From the NCBI GenBank assembly GCA_965116905.1, contig OZ220732.1, positions 3,712,001 through 3,776,000 on the forward strand: 64,000 bases of DNA, in the 5' to 3' direction. Below the pieces are notes generated by a model. It made no database searches. It was not told the DNA's origin and saw only the letters and a list, made by a program, of their open reading frames with translations. A program made the translations under genes and the position numbers. The stretch is from Longimicrobiales bacterium. Its GTDB lineage: Bacteria; Gemmatimonadota; Gemmatimonadetes; Longimicrobiales; Gaopeijiaceae. Shown piece by piece: positions 20,334 through 30,992 of the stretch (positions within the stretch are counted from its first letter, which is position 1; every line of letters starts with the position of its first letter).

Positions 20334-20807
20334 CTATTGACGGCGCCAGACCGTGGTGGAGGCCGACAAAGGGGGTTGCTCCACCACAACCGTCAGAACG
20401 GAGTTGTCGAAGGTGTACGTCCCCGTCTGCTGCGGGCTCAGCTGGACCAGCGGCCCGGTCAGAAACTCCTGCTCCCACGTGCCGTCGAGTCGATTGGTGT
20501 AGGTGCCGGTACCAGCCAATCGGGCGATGTTGCCCATGACGGGCAGCGTCAGATCACTGGTGAACGTGCCGGTCGCTTCGCCGCCGACCGCGGACTCTTG
20601 CTGCACGGTGAAACTGCCCGATACCTCCGGGGGCACCAGGGTCGTTTCGGGGTCCAGCGCGGAAGTGAAGGATTGCAGGGTGTACGTTCCCGTGAGATCG
20701 GGCGGCATCGGGTCCGGGACCACGACCACTTCGTCGCCGCAGCCCGGCACGAAGGAGACTACAGCCATCAGCGCTACAACGAGCAATCTGGATCGGGCAC
20801 GAAGCAC
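20334..20807 (-). CDS. Hypothetical lipoprotein
   Basis: GGAGG RBS and GTG start; lipobox VPGC; beta-rich body (DLTGTYTL). Confidence 0.6.
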   Translation of the reverse strand: MLRARSRLLVVALMAVVSFVPGCGDEVVVVPDPMPPDLTGTYTLQSFTSALDPETTLVPPEVSGSFTVQQESAVGGEATGTFTSDLTLPVMGNIARLAGTGTYTNRLDGTWEQEFLTGPLVQLSPQQTGTYTFDNSVLTVVVEQPPLSASTTVWRRQ

Positions 20808-20962
20808 GGCCGCCTCCCCTTTGGATACTCGACGCTTACGTTTCAACGTACATACCGGCCTTGGCGGCAACCAGTTCCCGGCAAGGCAACCGAAACCCGA
20901 CAAGACAACCGGATCCCGACGATCCCCTCCACGCAGCGGCCGACGAGCGCCGCAATCCGGCC

Positions 20963-21496
20963 ATGGACGACAAGCGAATCCTGCTGATCACGGGCGACAG
21001 GCCGAAGGGCCCGCGCGAGCTCTTCAACCGACTGGATGCCCTGGGGGTCCCACACGCCACGATGTCGCACGACCCGGTCTTCACCGTCGAGGAGGCCCAG
21101 CGCCTCCGGGGGCGCATCGAGGGGGCACATTCCAAGAACCTCTTCGTGCGCGACAAGAAGGAGCGGCATTGGCTGGTGTCCTGTCTCGCCGACCGAAAAC
21201 TCGACCTGAAGTGGCTGGCCGGGGAGCTCGGCACGAAGCGGCTCACCTTCTGCAGCCCGCGGCGCCTCGGCGGCTACCTCGGGATCCGGCGCGGCAGCGT
21301 GTCTCCCTTCGCGATCATCAACGACGCCACCGGCATCGTGCGGGTGGCGCTCGACGCGGATCTGCTGGCCGCGGAGCCACTCAACTTCCACCCCCTGGAC
21401 AATGCGAAGACCACGACGCTGTCCACGGCAGGCCTGCTGCACTTTCTGGAGGCCGAGGGCCACCGCCCCCACATCATCCGCTTCCCGGCCGGATAG
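20963..21496 (+). CDS. YbaK/ProX-family prolyl-tRNA editing domain protein
   Basis: VFTVEEA, HSKNLFVRDKK, GSVSPFA and NFHPLDN motifs. Confidence 0.9.
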   Translation: MDDKRILLITGDRPKGPRELFNRLDALGVPHATMSHDPVFTVEEAQRLRGRIEGAHSKNLFVRDKKERHWLVSCLADRKLDLKWLAGELGTKRLTFCSPRRLGGYLGIRRGSVSPFAIINDATGIVRVALDADLLAAEPLNFHPLDNAKTTTLSTAGLLHFLEAEGHRPHIIRFPAG

Positions 21497-21517
21497 CCGC
21501 GCTACAGCGGAGGACGC

Positions 21518-21565
21518 TCGGCGGGCCCGTTCGGCGGGCCCGTTCGGGGGGTTCGGCGGGCCCGT
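21518..21565. repeat. 3 x 13-bp TCGGCGGGCCCGT repeat between convergent genes
   Basis: Exact copies at 21518, 21531 and 21553; each contains the palindrome CGGGCCCG. Confidence 0.85.
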
Positions 21566-21569
21566 TCCG

Positions 21570-22691
21570 TCAGCGGAATGCGGGCAGCACGTGCTGGACC
21601 ACGATATCCATCGTCATCCGTTCGTAGTCCCCCGCGGCTTCACCCATGCGCCGCCAGTTGTTGGTGGTGACGACCACCAGGTTCAGGTCCGGCACGACCA
21701 CGATGTACTGCCCGCCGTGACCCCACGCGAAATACATGGGTTCGGGCGCGTCGGGGGCGACCCACCAGAGGAATCCGTACGAGATTCCCCTCAGGGAACC
21801 GGAGTCCAGGCGCCAGTCGAACCGGCCCATCGTGGACCGTTCGACCCAGTCGGCAGGAATAATCCGGCGTCCTCCGCTCGATCCCCGCTGCAGGTAGAGC
21901 TGCCCGAACCTCGCCAGGTCTCGCGGCCGGAGATCGAGTCCCGCACCCCCGTTGTGGAACCCGCCGCCCAGGCTCTCCCACCGGCTTCTTGAAATGCCCA
22001 TGGGCTCGAAGAGGACATGCTGGGCGAAGTTGGGAAGGTACATGGTGGTCGCCTGCTCGATCACGACGCCGAGCAGGTGCACGGCACCCGAGTTGTAGGT
22101 GAAGCGGGTACCGGGCGCCGACGTGAGCGGCTTCTCCAGCACGAAACCGAGGTAGTCGCCCGAACGAATCCACTCGGTGTACGACCCGAATCCCCCCGTC
22201 TCGTCCCATTCCAGACCGCTGGTCATCGTGAGGAGGTCCCCTACGGTGATCGCGCGCTTGTCCGGCTCGATCCAATCGGCCACACCGTCCAGGTAGTCAC
22301 CGATCGGATCATCCAGACCGCCGATATCCCCACGCTGGATCGCGATCCCGGTGAGCGCCGAGACGACGCTCTTGGTCACCGACCGGACATCGTGCAACTC
22401 CTGCTCGCCGCCGTCGCCGAAAAACTCCTCGACGACCAGCCGCCCATCCTTCACGACGAGGAGGCTGCGCATGCGGTCGTTGGCCCGGGCCAGCTCCACG
22501 GCGCGAGCCATCCGCTCCGGCGAGCCCCCGACATCGGCTACGGAGGCCTCGGTCCACGGCAGCGCCAGATCGATATCGAGGGGGCCCGAGGGTCCGGGGA
22601 CCAGGGGTCCTTCACTGCAGGCCGCCAGTACAAAGGCTGCGCCGGCCGCGGCCACCTGCTTCAATCCTGAACGTATTCCCTGCGGTTGCAC
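21570..22691 (-). CDS. Serine hydrolase, beta-lactamase/AmpC-like family lipoprotein
   Basis: SVTK, YNS, LLTMTSG and GHGGQ motifs; lipobox LAAC. Confidence 0.88.
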   Translation of the reverse strand: MQPQGIRSGLKQVAAAGAAFVLAACSEGPLVPGPSGPLDIDLALPWTEASVADVGGSPERMARAVELARANDRMRSLLVVKDGRLVVEEFFGDGGEQELHDVRSVTKSVVSALTGIAIQRGDIGGLDDPIGDYLDGVADWIEPDKRAITVGDLLTMTSGLEWDETGGFGSYTEWIRSGDYLGFVLEKPLTSAPGTRFTYNSGAVHLLGVVIEQATTMYLPNFAQHVLFEPMGISRSRWESLGGGFHNGGAGLDLRPRDLARFGQLYLQRGSSGGRRIIPADWVERSTMGRFDWRLDSGSLRGISYGFLWWVAPDAPEPMYFAWGHGGQYIVVVPDLNLVVVTTNNWRRMGEAAGDYERMTMDIVVQHVLPAFR

Positions 22692-22884
22692 CCGTAACCC
22701 CGTCGCGAAGGGTAGTCGACGCGTTAACCCATTGAATCTGCACGAGAACCACCGCTGCGCGCCAGTCGACGCGCCGGCGGCCTCGCCGCGGCCTGGCCGC
22801 CAGGCCTAGCGCCCCGGGCTGCAATGGTCGATTCTTCGGAAACCGAATCTCGCCCCAACTCGTTTTGCTTGGAAGGATGATGTC

Positions 22885-23478
22885 ATGAAGCGTGGAATCC
22901 ACAGAGGATGGCTGGCGCTGGCCGCGCTGGGCGTGGTCGCCGAGTGGAGTTGTGCGTCCGCCCAGGTAGCCAATCCCGAAGAACAGCTCGCCCAGGCGCT
23001 TGCGGCCGCACCGGCGGATCTGGCCGAAGGAGCCGGAGTCCTCGGGTATGCCACCGACGGCTCCGTCGTGCAACTGCGCGAGGGGTCCAACGACTTCATC
23101 TGCCTGGCCTCCAACCCGGCCAATGAAGGGTTCTCCTCGTCCTGCTACCATGCTTCCCTGGAGCCCTACTTCGCCCGTGGCAGGGAACTCGACGCCGCCG
23201 GGGCCGGGCGCGAGGAGCGGTACCGCATTCGCTACGAGGAGATGGAGGCGGGCACGCTGCCAACGCCGGTCATGTCCGCCGCCCAGTACATCTTCGACGG
23301 GACGTGGAACAGCGAGACGCTGACCGCGGAGGGCAGGGTGCGGTGGGTCATCTACGTGCCCGGAGCGACCGAAGCGTCGATCGGGCTGTCGGCGGCGCCC
23401 GTGGAGGGCGGCCCCTACCTGATGTCCGCCGGCACCCCGGGCGCTCATATCATGATTGTTCCGCCTCGGGACGGGTAG
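22885..23478 (+). CDS. Hypothetical secreted protein
   Basis: RBS and signal peptide; LREGSNDFIC and GPYLMSAGTPGAHIM. Confidence 0.7.
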   Translation: MKRGIHRGWLALAALGVVAEWSCASAQVANPEEQLAQALAAAPADLAEGAGVLGYATDGSVVQLREGSNDFICLASNPANEGFSSSCYHASLEPYFARGRELDAAGAGREERYRIRYEEMEAGTLPTPVMSAAQYIFDGTWNSETLTAEGRVRWVIYVPGATEASIGLSAAPVEGGPYLMSAGTPGAHIMIVPPRDG

Positions 23479-23490
23479 TCGTCTGCCGGC

Positions 23491-24933
23491 ATGATCTCGA
23501 CCGTCGGTGCCGTTCTACTTACTGCCGGGATCATCGGGCTGCATGCCGTTTTCGTGGTGTTCGTCCTGCTGCGGCCGCGTGTCCGCCAGCCGTCTTCGCT
23601 TGCCTGGATCCTCGTGATCGTCACGTTCCCGTTCGGCGGGATCGTGCTGTACCTGGTCGTGGGCGAGGTCCGTACCGGGAGCAAGCGCAAGCGCCGTCAC
23701 CGGACGATCCAGAAGAACATCCGCACCGTCCTTCAGCGCGCGTGGCACAAGACCACCGCCACGGCGGTCGTGCCCTGGGGCAGCGAAGCGATTGCCCGGC
23801 TCGCGCGGCTGGGAAGCGACACGCTTCCGCGCAGCGGGAACCGGCTGAGACTGGTCGCGTCGGCAGAGCGATTCACCGAGGCGCTGGTCACCGACGTCGA
23901 CAACGCGCGGGACCACGTCCACGTGCTGTCCTACATCTATCTGGACGACGACGTCGGGCGCACGGTCGCGGAGGCGCTCGTAAGGGCAAGGCTGCGGGGG
24001 GTCGCATGCCGCCTGCTGGTGGACAACGTCGGGTCGAGCGACTTCCTGAAGTCCGAGTTGTGCCGGACGCTGAGGAACGCCGGCGTGCACGTGGTCGCGG
24101 CCCTGCCGACGCGGATCACGCAGATCGCCTCCATCCGCTTCGACATGCGCAATCATCGCAAGTTCGCCGTCGTCGACGGCCGCGTGGGCTACACGGGCAG
24201 CCACAACATCGCCGAAGAGGCGTTTCACCCGAAGCCGCGCTTCGCGCCGTGGATCGACGCGACGCTGCGAATCGAGGGGCCCGCGGTCCGTGACCTCCAG
24301 GCCCTCTTCATCGAAGACTGGTTCATGGACACCGAGGAGAACCTCGACCATCTGATCGCCGAGCCGCCCGAGGAGTTCCAGGACGGCCGCATCGTGCAGA
24401 TCGTCGGTACCGGCGTCAACTCACAGAACCAGGCGCTGGTGCGTGTGATCCAGTCCGCCGTGCACATGGCTCGCGAAGAGCTAATCCTCACCACGCCCTA
24501 CTTCGTCCCGGACGAGGGCACGCTGGCGGCGCTCACCACCGCTGCGATCCGCGGCGTCAGGACGATCATCGTGGTCCCCGCCAAGAATGATTCGCCTCTC
24601 GTCGCGCTCGCGAGCCGGAGCTTCTACGAGACCCTCCTCAACGCGGGGGCCGAGGTGCACGAGTACACGAAGGGGCTGCTTCACGCCAAGACCATCACCG
24701 TGGACCGCGATTTCGCGCTCGTGAGCACCGCCAACCTGGACCGGCGCAGCTTCGAGATCAATTTCGAGCTCAGCACGCTGATCTACGACAGCGATTTCGC
24801 CTCCGAGCTTCGCCTGCTCCAGAAACGCTATCTCGAGGACTGCACCAAGGTCGACGCGGCCAAATGGCTGGAGCGCAGTTGGCCGCTCCGGCTGGCCGAG
24901 AACGCCGCGGGTCTGGTTTCCGCGCTGCTGTGA
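23491..24933 (+). CDS. cls: Cardiolipin synthase
   Basis: Two N-terminal transmembrane helices and two HKD motifs (HRKFAVVD, HAKTITVD). Confidence 0.92.
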   Translation: MISTVGAVLLTAGIIGLHAVFVVFVLLRPRVRQPSSLAWILVIVTFPFGGIVLYLVVGEVRTGSKRKRRHRTIQKNIRTVLQRAWHKTTATAVVPWGSEAIARLARLGSDTLPRSGNRLRLVASAERFTEALVTDVDNARDHVHVLSYIYLDDDVGRTVAEALVRARLRGVACRLLVDNVGSSDFLKSELCRTLRNAGVHVVAALPTRITQIASIRFDMRNHRKFAVVDGRVGYTGSHNIAEEAFHPKPRFAPWIDATLRIEGPAVRDLQALFIEDWFMDTEENLDHLIAEPPEEFQDGRIVQIVGTGVNSQNQALVRVIQSAVHMAREELILTTPYFVPDEGTLAALTTAAIRGVRTIIVVPAKNDSPLVALASRSFYETLLNAGAEVHEYTKGLLHAKTITVDRDFALVSTANLDRRSFEINFELSTLIYDSDFASELRLLQKRYLEDCTKVDAAKWLERSWPLRLAENAAGLVSALL

Positions 24934-24950
24934 CCCCCCCGCGCGGCAAG

Positions 24951-26015
24951 ATGGCCTCCCAGGTGGCAGCCGAGTGGGCGCGGGCCCGCCCACACGGCGC
25001 GATCGCCACCACCGGCGGCACGGCCCTCGTACTGGGCGACCCCTCTCCCCACCTCCCCCGCGCACTGGAAGACACCGCGCGCACCGTCGCGCGCTGGCAC
25101 CGGCTGCCGTCTCCCGGCCAGCTCCACACACCCTGGCCACCGGCGGGCCCGTTCGGCGAGGTGTGGGTGCGCATGCCGCGCTCCTCGCTGGAGGCCGCCA
25201 TGCTCCTCCACGCCGCCGCGGCCCGCGTGGATCACGGCAGCCATGTCCACCTCTACGGCGCGAACAACGAGGGCATCCGGTCGGCGGCGCGGCACTTCCC
25301 GGACGGGACCGACGAGCCCCGCGCAGCCCTGGTCAAGCGCCGCTGCCGCGTGCTCACCGCGGTGAAGACCGCGCCGCCGCCCCGCGCGGACGGCCTCGAC
25401 AGCTGGCGGCTCGAGGCACCCGTGGACTGGGGGACCGGTGCGCGCGACTGGACCTTCTACCCGGGCGTCTTCTCGTACGGCCGCCTCGATCCGGCGACGG
25501 CCCTGCTCATCGAGACCCTGCCCGAGGTGCCCGCCGGATCGCGCATCCTGGACTTCGGCGCGGGCACCGGACCCGTCGGCGCGGCCGTCCTGGAACGTGC
25601 AGGCGCGGGCACCGAGGTCCACCTGCTGGAACCCGACGTCATCTCCCTGGCCGCGGCCGCGCGGAATGTTCCGGGAGCGGCGCCGGCCCCGGGAAGCGGC
25701 CTCTCGGCGGTCGCGGGCCCGTTCGACCTGATCGTCACCAATCCGCCGATCCACGTCGGCAACGCCCAGAGCCTGCACACGGTCGAAGCTCTTGCGCAGG
25801 GCGCCCCGGCCGCGCTCGCCAGCGGTGGTACCCTCCTGCTCGTCGCACAGCGCCGGCTTCCGCTTCCCCGCGTGCTGAGGGAGTCCTTTCGAGACGTACG
25901 CGCTATCGCCGACAAGGGGCAGTTTCGCGTCTGGCGGGCAGCGGCCGGAGGACGGCGATCTCGCGCCCGCACCGTCAGCGCGCGTCGTGGACGATCCTCC
26001 CGTCCACCACGGTGA
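24951..26015 (+). CDS. Class I SAM methyltransferase, RsmC-like
   Basis: PGVFSYGRLDPATALL, LDFGAGTG and IVTNPPIH motifs. Confidence 0.8.
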   Translation: MASQVAAEWARARPHGAIATTGGTALVLGDPSPHLPRALEDTARTVARWHRLPSPGQLHTPWPPAGPFGEVWVRMPRSSLEAAMLLHAAAARVDHGSHVHLYGANNEGIRSAARHFPDGTDEPRAALVKRRCRVLTAVKTAPPPRADGLDSWRLEAPVDWGTGARDWTFYPGVFSYGRLDPATALLIETLPEVPAGSRILDFGAGTGPVGAAVLERAGAGTEVHLLEPDVISLAAAARNVPGAAPAPGSGLSAVAGPFDLIVTNPPIHVGNAQSLHTVEALAQGAPAALASGGTLLLVAQRRLPLPRVLRESFRDVRAIADKGQFRVWRAAAGGRRSRARTVSARRGRSSRPPR

Positions 26016-27635
26016 CCACCGCCGTCAGCCCGGGGATCCCGGCGTCGGGCACGGCCAGGTAGTCGTCCGACAGTACCGTCAGGTCGGCGGCCATCCCCGG
26101 GGCCAGGGTCCCCCGCTCCGATTCCGCAAACACCTGGTACGCGTATCCCGCCGTCATGGCGCGGAGCGCGTCCATGCGATCGACCGATTGCTCGGCCCCC
26201 ATGATCCCGGCCGAAATGGTGCCGCGGGTCGCGAAGTGGTAGAGCACGGCGAACGGGTTGTGGGGAATCACAGGCGAGTCGGTCCCCAGCGACACCGGGA
26301 TCTGCTCGTCGATGTAGCGGCGCAGGGGGGTCGTCAGCGCCGCGCGCAGGGCGCCCCAGTAGTCGACCAGGCTCGGGGCCGCCACGTAGAGGTGATGCTG
26401 TGCGGTGACCGTGAGGCCCAGCCGCCGCACCCGCTCGAACTGGTCGGGCGCGGGGATGAAGCCGTGCTCGATCGTCCAGCGCCGGTGCGCGATGGGGATG
26501 GCGGCGTCCGCCTGTTCGTACGCGTCCAGAACGAGATCGATGGCGGCATCGCCCACCGCGTGCGTCGCGACGCGCCAGCCCAGCGCGTTGAGCTCCCGGA
26601 CGGTCCCGTGGAACAGCTCGGTCGGGATCGTCTGCAGTCCATGGAACGTGCCTCCCCTTCCCCACGGCTCCTCGTAGGGTTCCCGCATCCATCCTCCCTC
26701 GAAGCCCCCGTCGACCCCCAGCTTGACGCCTCCCACCGAAAGGAGACCGGCGGTGAAGTCCGGTGGCACACCCCACGACGCCACAACCGTCCGCACCTCG
26801 TCCACCGGGGTGCCGCGCAGGCGGAACAGGAACTCCACGCGAAGGGTGAGCCGGTCCTCCTCGGCCAACCGCCGCAACATGGTGAACTGCTCCGGGGTGC
26901 CTCCCGGTATCCGCAGCGCGGTCGCGCCCAGGGCATTCATCACGGCCTGCGTTTCGAGGAAGCGCGCCGCGGGGTCCTCCGCGGCCCGCGGCGGCAGCGT
27001 CACCGGGTCCTTGGCGCGATCCACCAGCTCCCCGTTCAAACGACCGTCGTCGTAGCGTCCGATGCGCCCGCCCGGCGGCGACTCGGCGGCCTCGTCGATG
27101 CCCCAGCGCGACAACGCGGCCGAATTGAGGATGAACTCGTGACCGCCGCGCACGACCACGACCGGGTGATCGGGTGCCGCGCGGTCGAGGTCGTCGCGCA
27201 GCGGCAGCCGCTGTTCCGCCAGCTGCCCCTCGTGCCAGTTGCTGTTGGTGACCACGAGTTCGCCGGGTTCGGTCGCGGCGGCCCGGGCCGCGATGGCGTC
27301 CAGCAGGTCGGCCATGGTGCGCACACCCGACAGGTCCACCCCGGGCCCGCCGCCCAGCGCGTGGAAGTGGTTGTCCGTCAGGCCGGGGACCACGCTGCGG
27401 CCGTCCAGGTCGAGTATGCGCGTGTCGGGGCCCCGCAGCCGCAGCACGTCGGCGTCCGAGCCCGCCGCTTCCACCCGTCCCGCGCGCACCGCCAGCGCCG
27501 CCACATCGCCCAGGCCGGGGTCGACGGTGACGATCCGGCCGTTGTGGAGGATCAGGTCGGCGGGGGGCGGCTCCGGCGAGCAGCTGCTCGCGACCGCAAG
27601 CAGCGCGGCCGCGGCCAGTGCGCGCGGGATGCCGG

Positions 27636-27639
<4 letters not shown>
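25975..27639 (-). CDS. Amidohydrolase family 3 (YtcJ-like) lipoprotein
   Basis: PGLTDNHFH, HAVGD, TIEH, LGTDSP and GTLAPGMAADLTVL; the TTG start overlaps the pstB stop. Confidence 0.88.
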
Positions 27640-28413
<774 letters not shown>

Positions 28414-28421
<8 letters not shown>

Positions 28422-29175
28422 AACGTCCCTCGATATAGCCGGTCGTGCGCTCGTCCCGGACCTTGCCCCCGAAGAGATCCTCGGTGACGCCGATGTCGAC
28501 CATCTCTCCCATCAGGAAGAAGGCCGTGCGGTCGGCCAGCCGGCGCGCCTGCTGCACCAGATTCGTCACCAGCACGATCGTCAGCTCGGAGCGAAGTTCC
28601 CGGAGAACATCCTCGATCCGCATGGTGGTCACCGGATCGACCGCGATCGAGAACTCGTCCAGGAGCAGCAACTCCGGTTCCTGCGACAGCGCGCGCGCGA
28701 TCGTGAGCCGCTGCTGCTGGCCGCCGGAGAGCAGGCTCCCCAGCGAGTCCAGCCGGTCCTTGACCTCGTCCCACAGCGCTGCGCGGGTCAGGCAGCGCTC
28801 GACCACTTCGTCCAGGTCGGCCTTCTTGCGCACCCCCCGCAGCCGCGGCGAGAAGGCCACGTTGTCGTACACGGTCAAGGGCAGGCCCACGGGCAGCGGG
28901 AACACGACCCCGATCCTGCTGCGCAGCGCGTACACGTTGCGCCAGTCGTGGATGTCCTTCCCGTTGAGACGGATGCTCCCGCGCACGTCCATCCCCGGAT
29001 TGAAGCCGTCCATCCGGTTGAGCGCGCGCAGGAACGATGTCTTGCCGCTGTTGGCCGGGCCGATGATCCCGAAGATTTCGTGCCTGAAAATGTCCAGCGA
29101 AATGTCCCGCAGCGCGGGTTGGCCGTCGTAGCTGATGGTCAGGTCCCGCACCTCGATGATGGGGGGCTCTACCAT
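28414..29175 (-). CDS. pstB: Phosphate ABC transporter ATP-binding protein (second copy)
   Basis: GPANSGKT, LSGGQQQRL, LLDEFSIAVDP and YIEGRFG. Confidence 0.9.
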
Positions 29176-30038
29176 TTCTTCAGTCCTCGCAGGTACACAC
29201 GGAACCCGATCGAGATGGCGTTCATCAACAGCACGATCGAAATCAGCACCAGGGCCACGCCGAACGGAATCTCCTCGGGCACGCCGGTCTGCTGGGTCGC
29301 GATGTAGTACAGATGGTAGGACATGGCCATCGTCTGATCGAACACGCTACCGGGAAGGAACGCCACGAACGCGGCGGCTCCCGTGAACATGATCGGCGCC
29401 GTCTCGCCGGCGGTCCGCGAAACCTCGAGGATCACACCCGTGAGGATCCCGCTGATGGAGTTGGGGAGAACGACCTTGCGAATCGTCTGCCAGCGGGTCG
29501 CCCCCATGTTCCAGCAGGCCTCCCTGAACGCCTGAGGTACCGCCTGGAGCGACTCGCGGGTAGCCACGATGACGACCGGCAGCGTCATCACGGCCAGGGT
29601 CAGGCTGGCCGCGAGGATCGAGGCCCCGATGTTGAAAAACAGTACGAAGGCGCCGACACCGAAGAGCGCGTGCACGATCGACGGGACGCCGGCAAGGTTG
29701 ATGATCGCCAGATTGATGGTCCGGGTCAGCAGGTTGTCCGGCGCGTACTCGCTGAGGTAGAGGGCCGCGGCCACGCCCACGGGCACCGACGCCAGCAGCG
29801 CCACCGCCACCAGCCATACGGTCCCCACCAGTGCCGGGAAGATTCCGCCGGCCGTCATCCCGTCCCGCGGCGCCGAGAAGAGGAACTCCCAGGAGATCGC
29901 CGGCCCTCCCTTCACCACCAGGGTGCCGATGATGATCAGCACCGGGATCACCAGGGTCACGGTCATCAGGAAGAAAACGGCCCGGGCCACGTTCTGGGTC
30001 CGGTAGCTTCGCCTGTTGAGCGTCGTGGCCGTGAACAT
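29169..30038 (-). CDS. pstA: Phosphate ABC transporter permease
   Basis: LAGVPSIV and SRTAGETAP motifs; operon position. Confidence 0.92.
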   Translation of the reverse strand: MFTATTLNRRSYRTQNVARAVFFLMTVTLVIPVLIIIGTLVVKGGPAISWEFLFSAPRDGMTAGGIFPALVGTVWLVAVALLASVPVGVAAALYLSEYAPDNLLTRTINLAIINLAGVPSIVHALFGVGAFVLFFNIGASILAASLTLAVMTLPVVIVATRESLQAVPQAFREACWNMGATRWQTIRKVVLPNSISGILTGVILEVSRTAGETAPIMFTGAAAFVAFLPGSVFDQTMAMSYHLYYIATQQTGVPEEIPFGVALVLISIVLLMNAISIGFRVYLRGLKKW

Positions 30039-30041
30039 GGG

Positions 30042-30992
30042 CTATTTCTTCCGTATGCCGCGTACCACGACGTCCGCGGTGAGGTTGATGATGAACGTGA
30101 CCAGGAACAGGAAGATGCCCAGGGTGAAGAGTGCACCGTAGTGGTCGGATCCGTACACCGTGTCCCCGAGTTCGGAGGCGATCGTCGCCGTGAGGGCGCG
30201 CACGGAATCGAACGGGCTCGTGGGCAGGTTGATCGCATGGCCCGACGCCATCAGCACGGCCATCGTCTCCCCGAATCCCCTTCCGACGCCGAGCAGCACG
30301 GCCGCCAACAGCCCGTTCTTGCTGGCCGGGATCACGACCCTGCGAATCACCTCCCACCGGGTCGCGCCCAGGGCCTCCGCGGCCTCCCGGTAGGTGTCCG
30401 GAACGGCCTTCAGCGCGTCCTCCGCGATGGTCGTCATGATCGGCGCCGCCATCAGTCCCAGGATGAGTCCGGCGTTCAGCACGCTCAGCCCCACCGGCAC
30501 ATCGAACGTCTCGATGATCAGCGGATTCATGATCGACATGCCGACGAATCCCCAAACCACCGAGGGAATCGCGGCGAGCATTTCCACCAGGATCTTGAGT
30601 GCCTCGCGAGTCTTGCCCGTCGCGAATTCCGCGATGTAGAGCGCGGCGCCCAGCGAAAGGGGCACGGAAAAGAGCATCGCGAAACCCGTGACGCTCGCCG
30701 TGCCCACGATGAGCGCCAGGGCGCCATAGGTAGGGTTGTTGGAGGTGGGACGCCACGCGATCGACGTGAAGAACTCACCCGGATTGAGCGAGCCGAGGAC
30801 GAAGTCCAGCCCCTCCCTGGTGACGAATACGAAGATCCCGAGGATGAAGATGATGGCGGAGATGCCACCCACGAAGACGAGCGCCTGGGCCACGCGGTCC
30901 ACGTACCACGCGAGATCGCGACGATCCATCGCGCCACTCGGATCCCCTGCGGACGGCCCCGGCGCGGTCGCGGTGTAGTCCGGAGGCGTCAC
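30042..30992 (-). CDS. pstC: Phosphate ABC transporter permease
   Basis: LAAIPSVVWG and GRGFGETMAV motifs. Confidence 0.92.
   Translation of the reverse strand: MTPPDYTATAPGPSAGDPSGAMDRRDLAWYVDRVAQALVFVGGISAIIFILGIFVFVTREGLDFVLGSLNPGEFFTSIAWRPTSNNPTYGALALIVGTASVTGFAMLFSVPLSLGAALYIAEFATGKTREALKILVEMLAAIPSVVWGFVGMSIMNPLIIETFDVPVGLSVLNAGLILGLMAAPIMTTIAEDALKAVPDTYREAAEALGATRWEVIRRVVIPASKNGLLAAVLLGVGRGFGETMAVLMASGHAINLPTSPFDSVRALTATIASELGDTVYGSDHYGALFTLGIFLFLVTFIINLTADVVVRGIRKK

Noticed and set aside
25975..26015. 41-bp convergent overlap of the methyltransferase and amidohydrolase
   Set aside because: The Arg-rich tail looks like simple stop-codon drift, which is common in GC-rich genomes.
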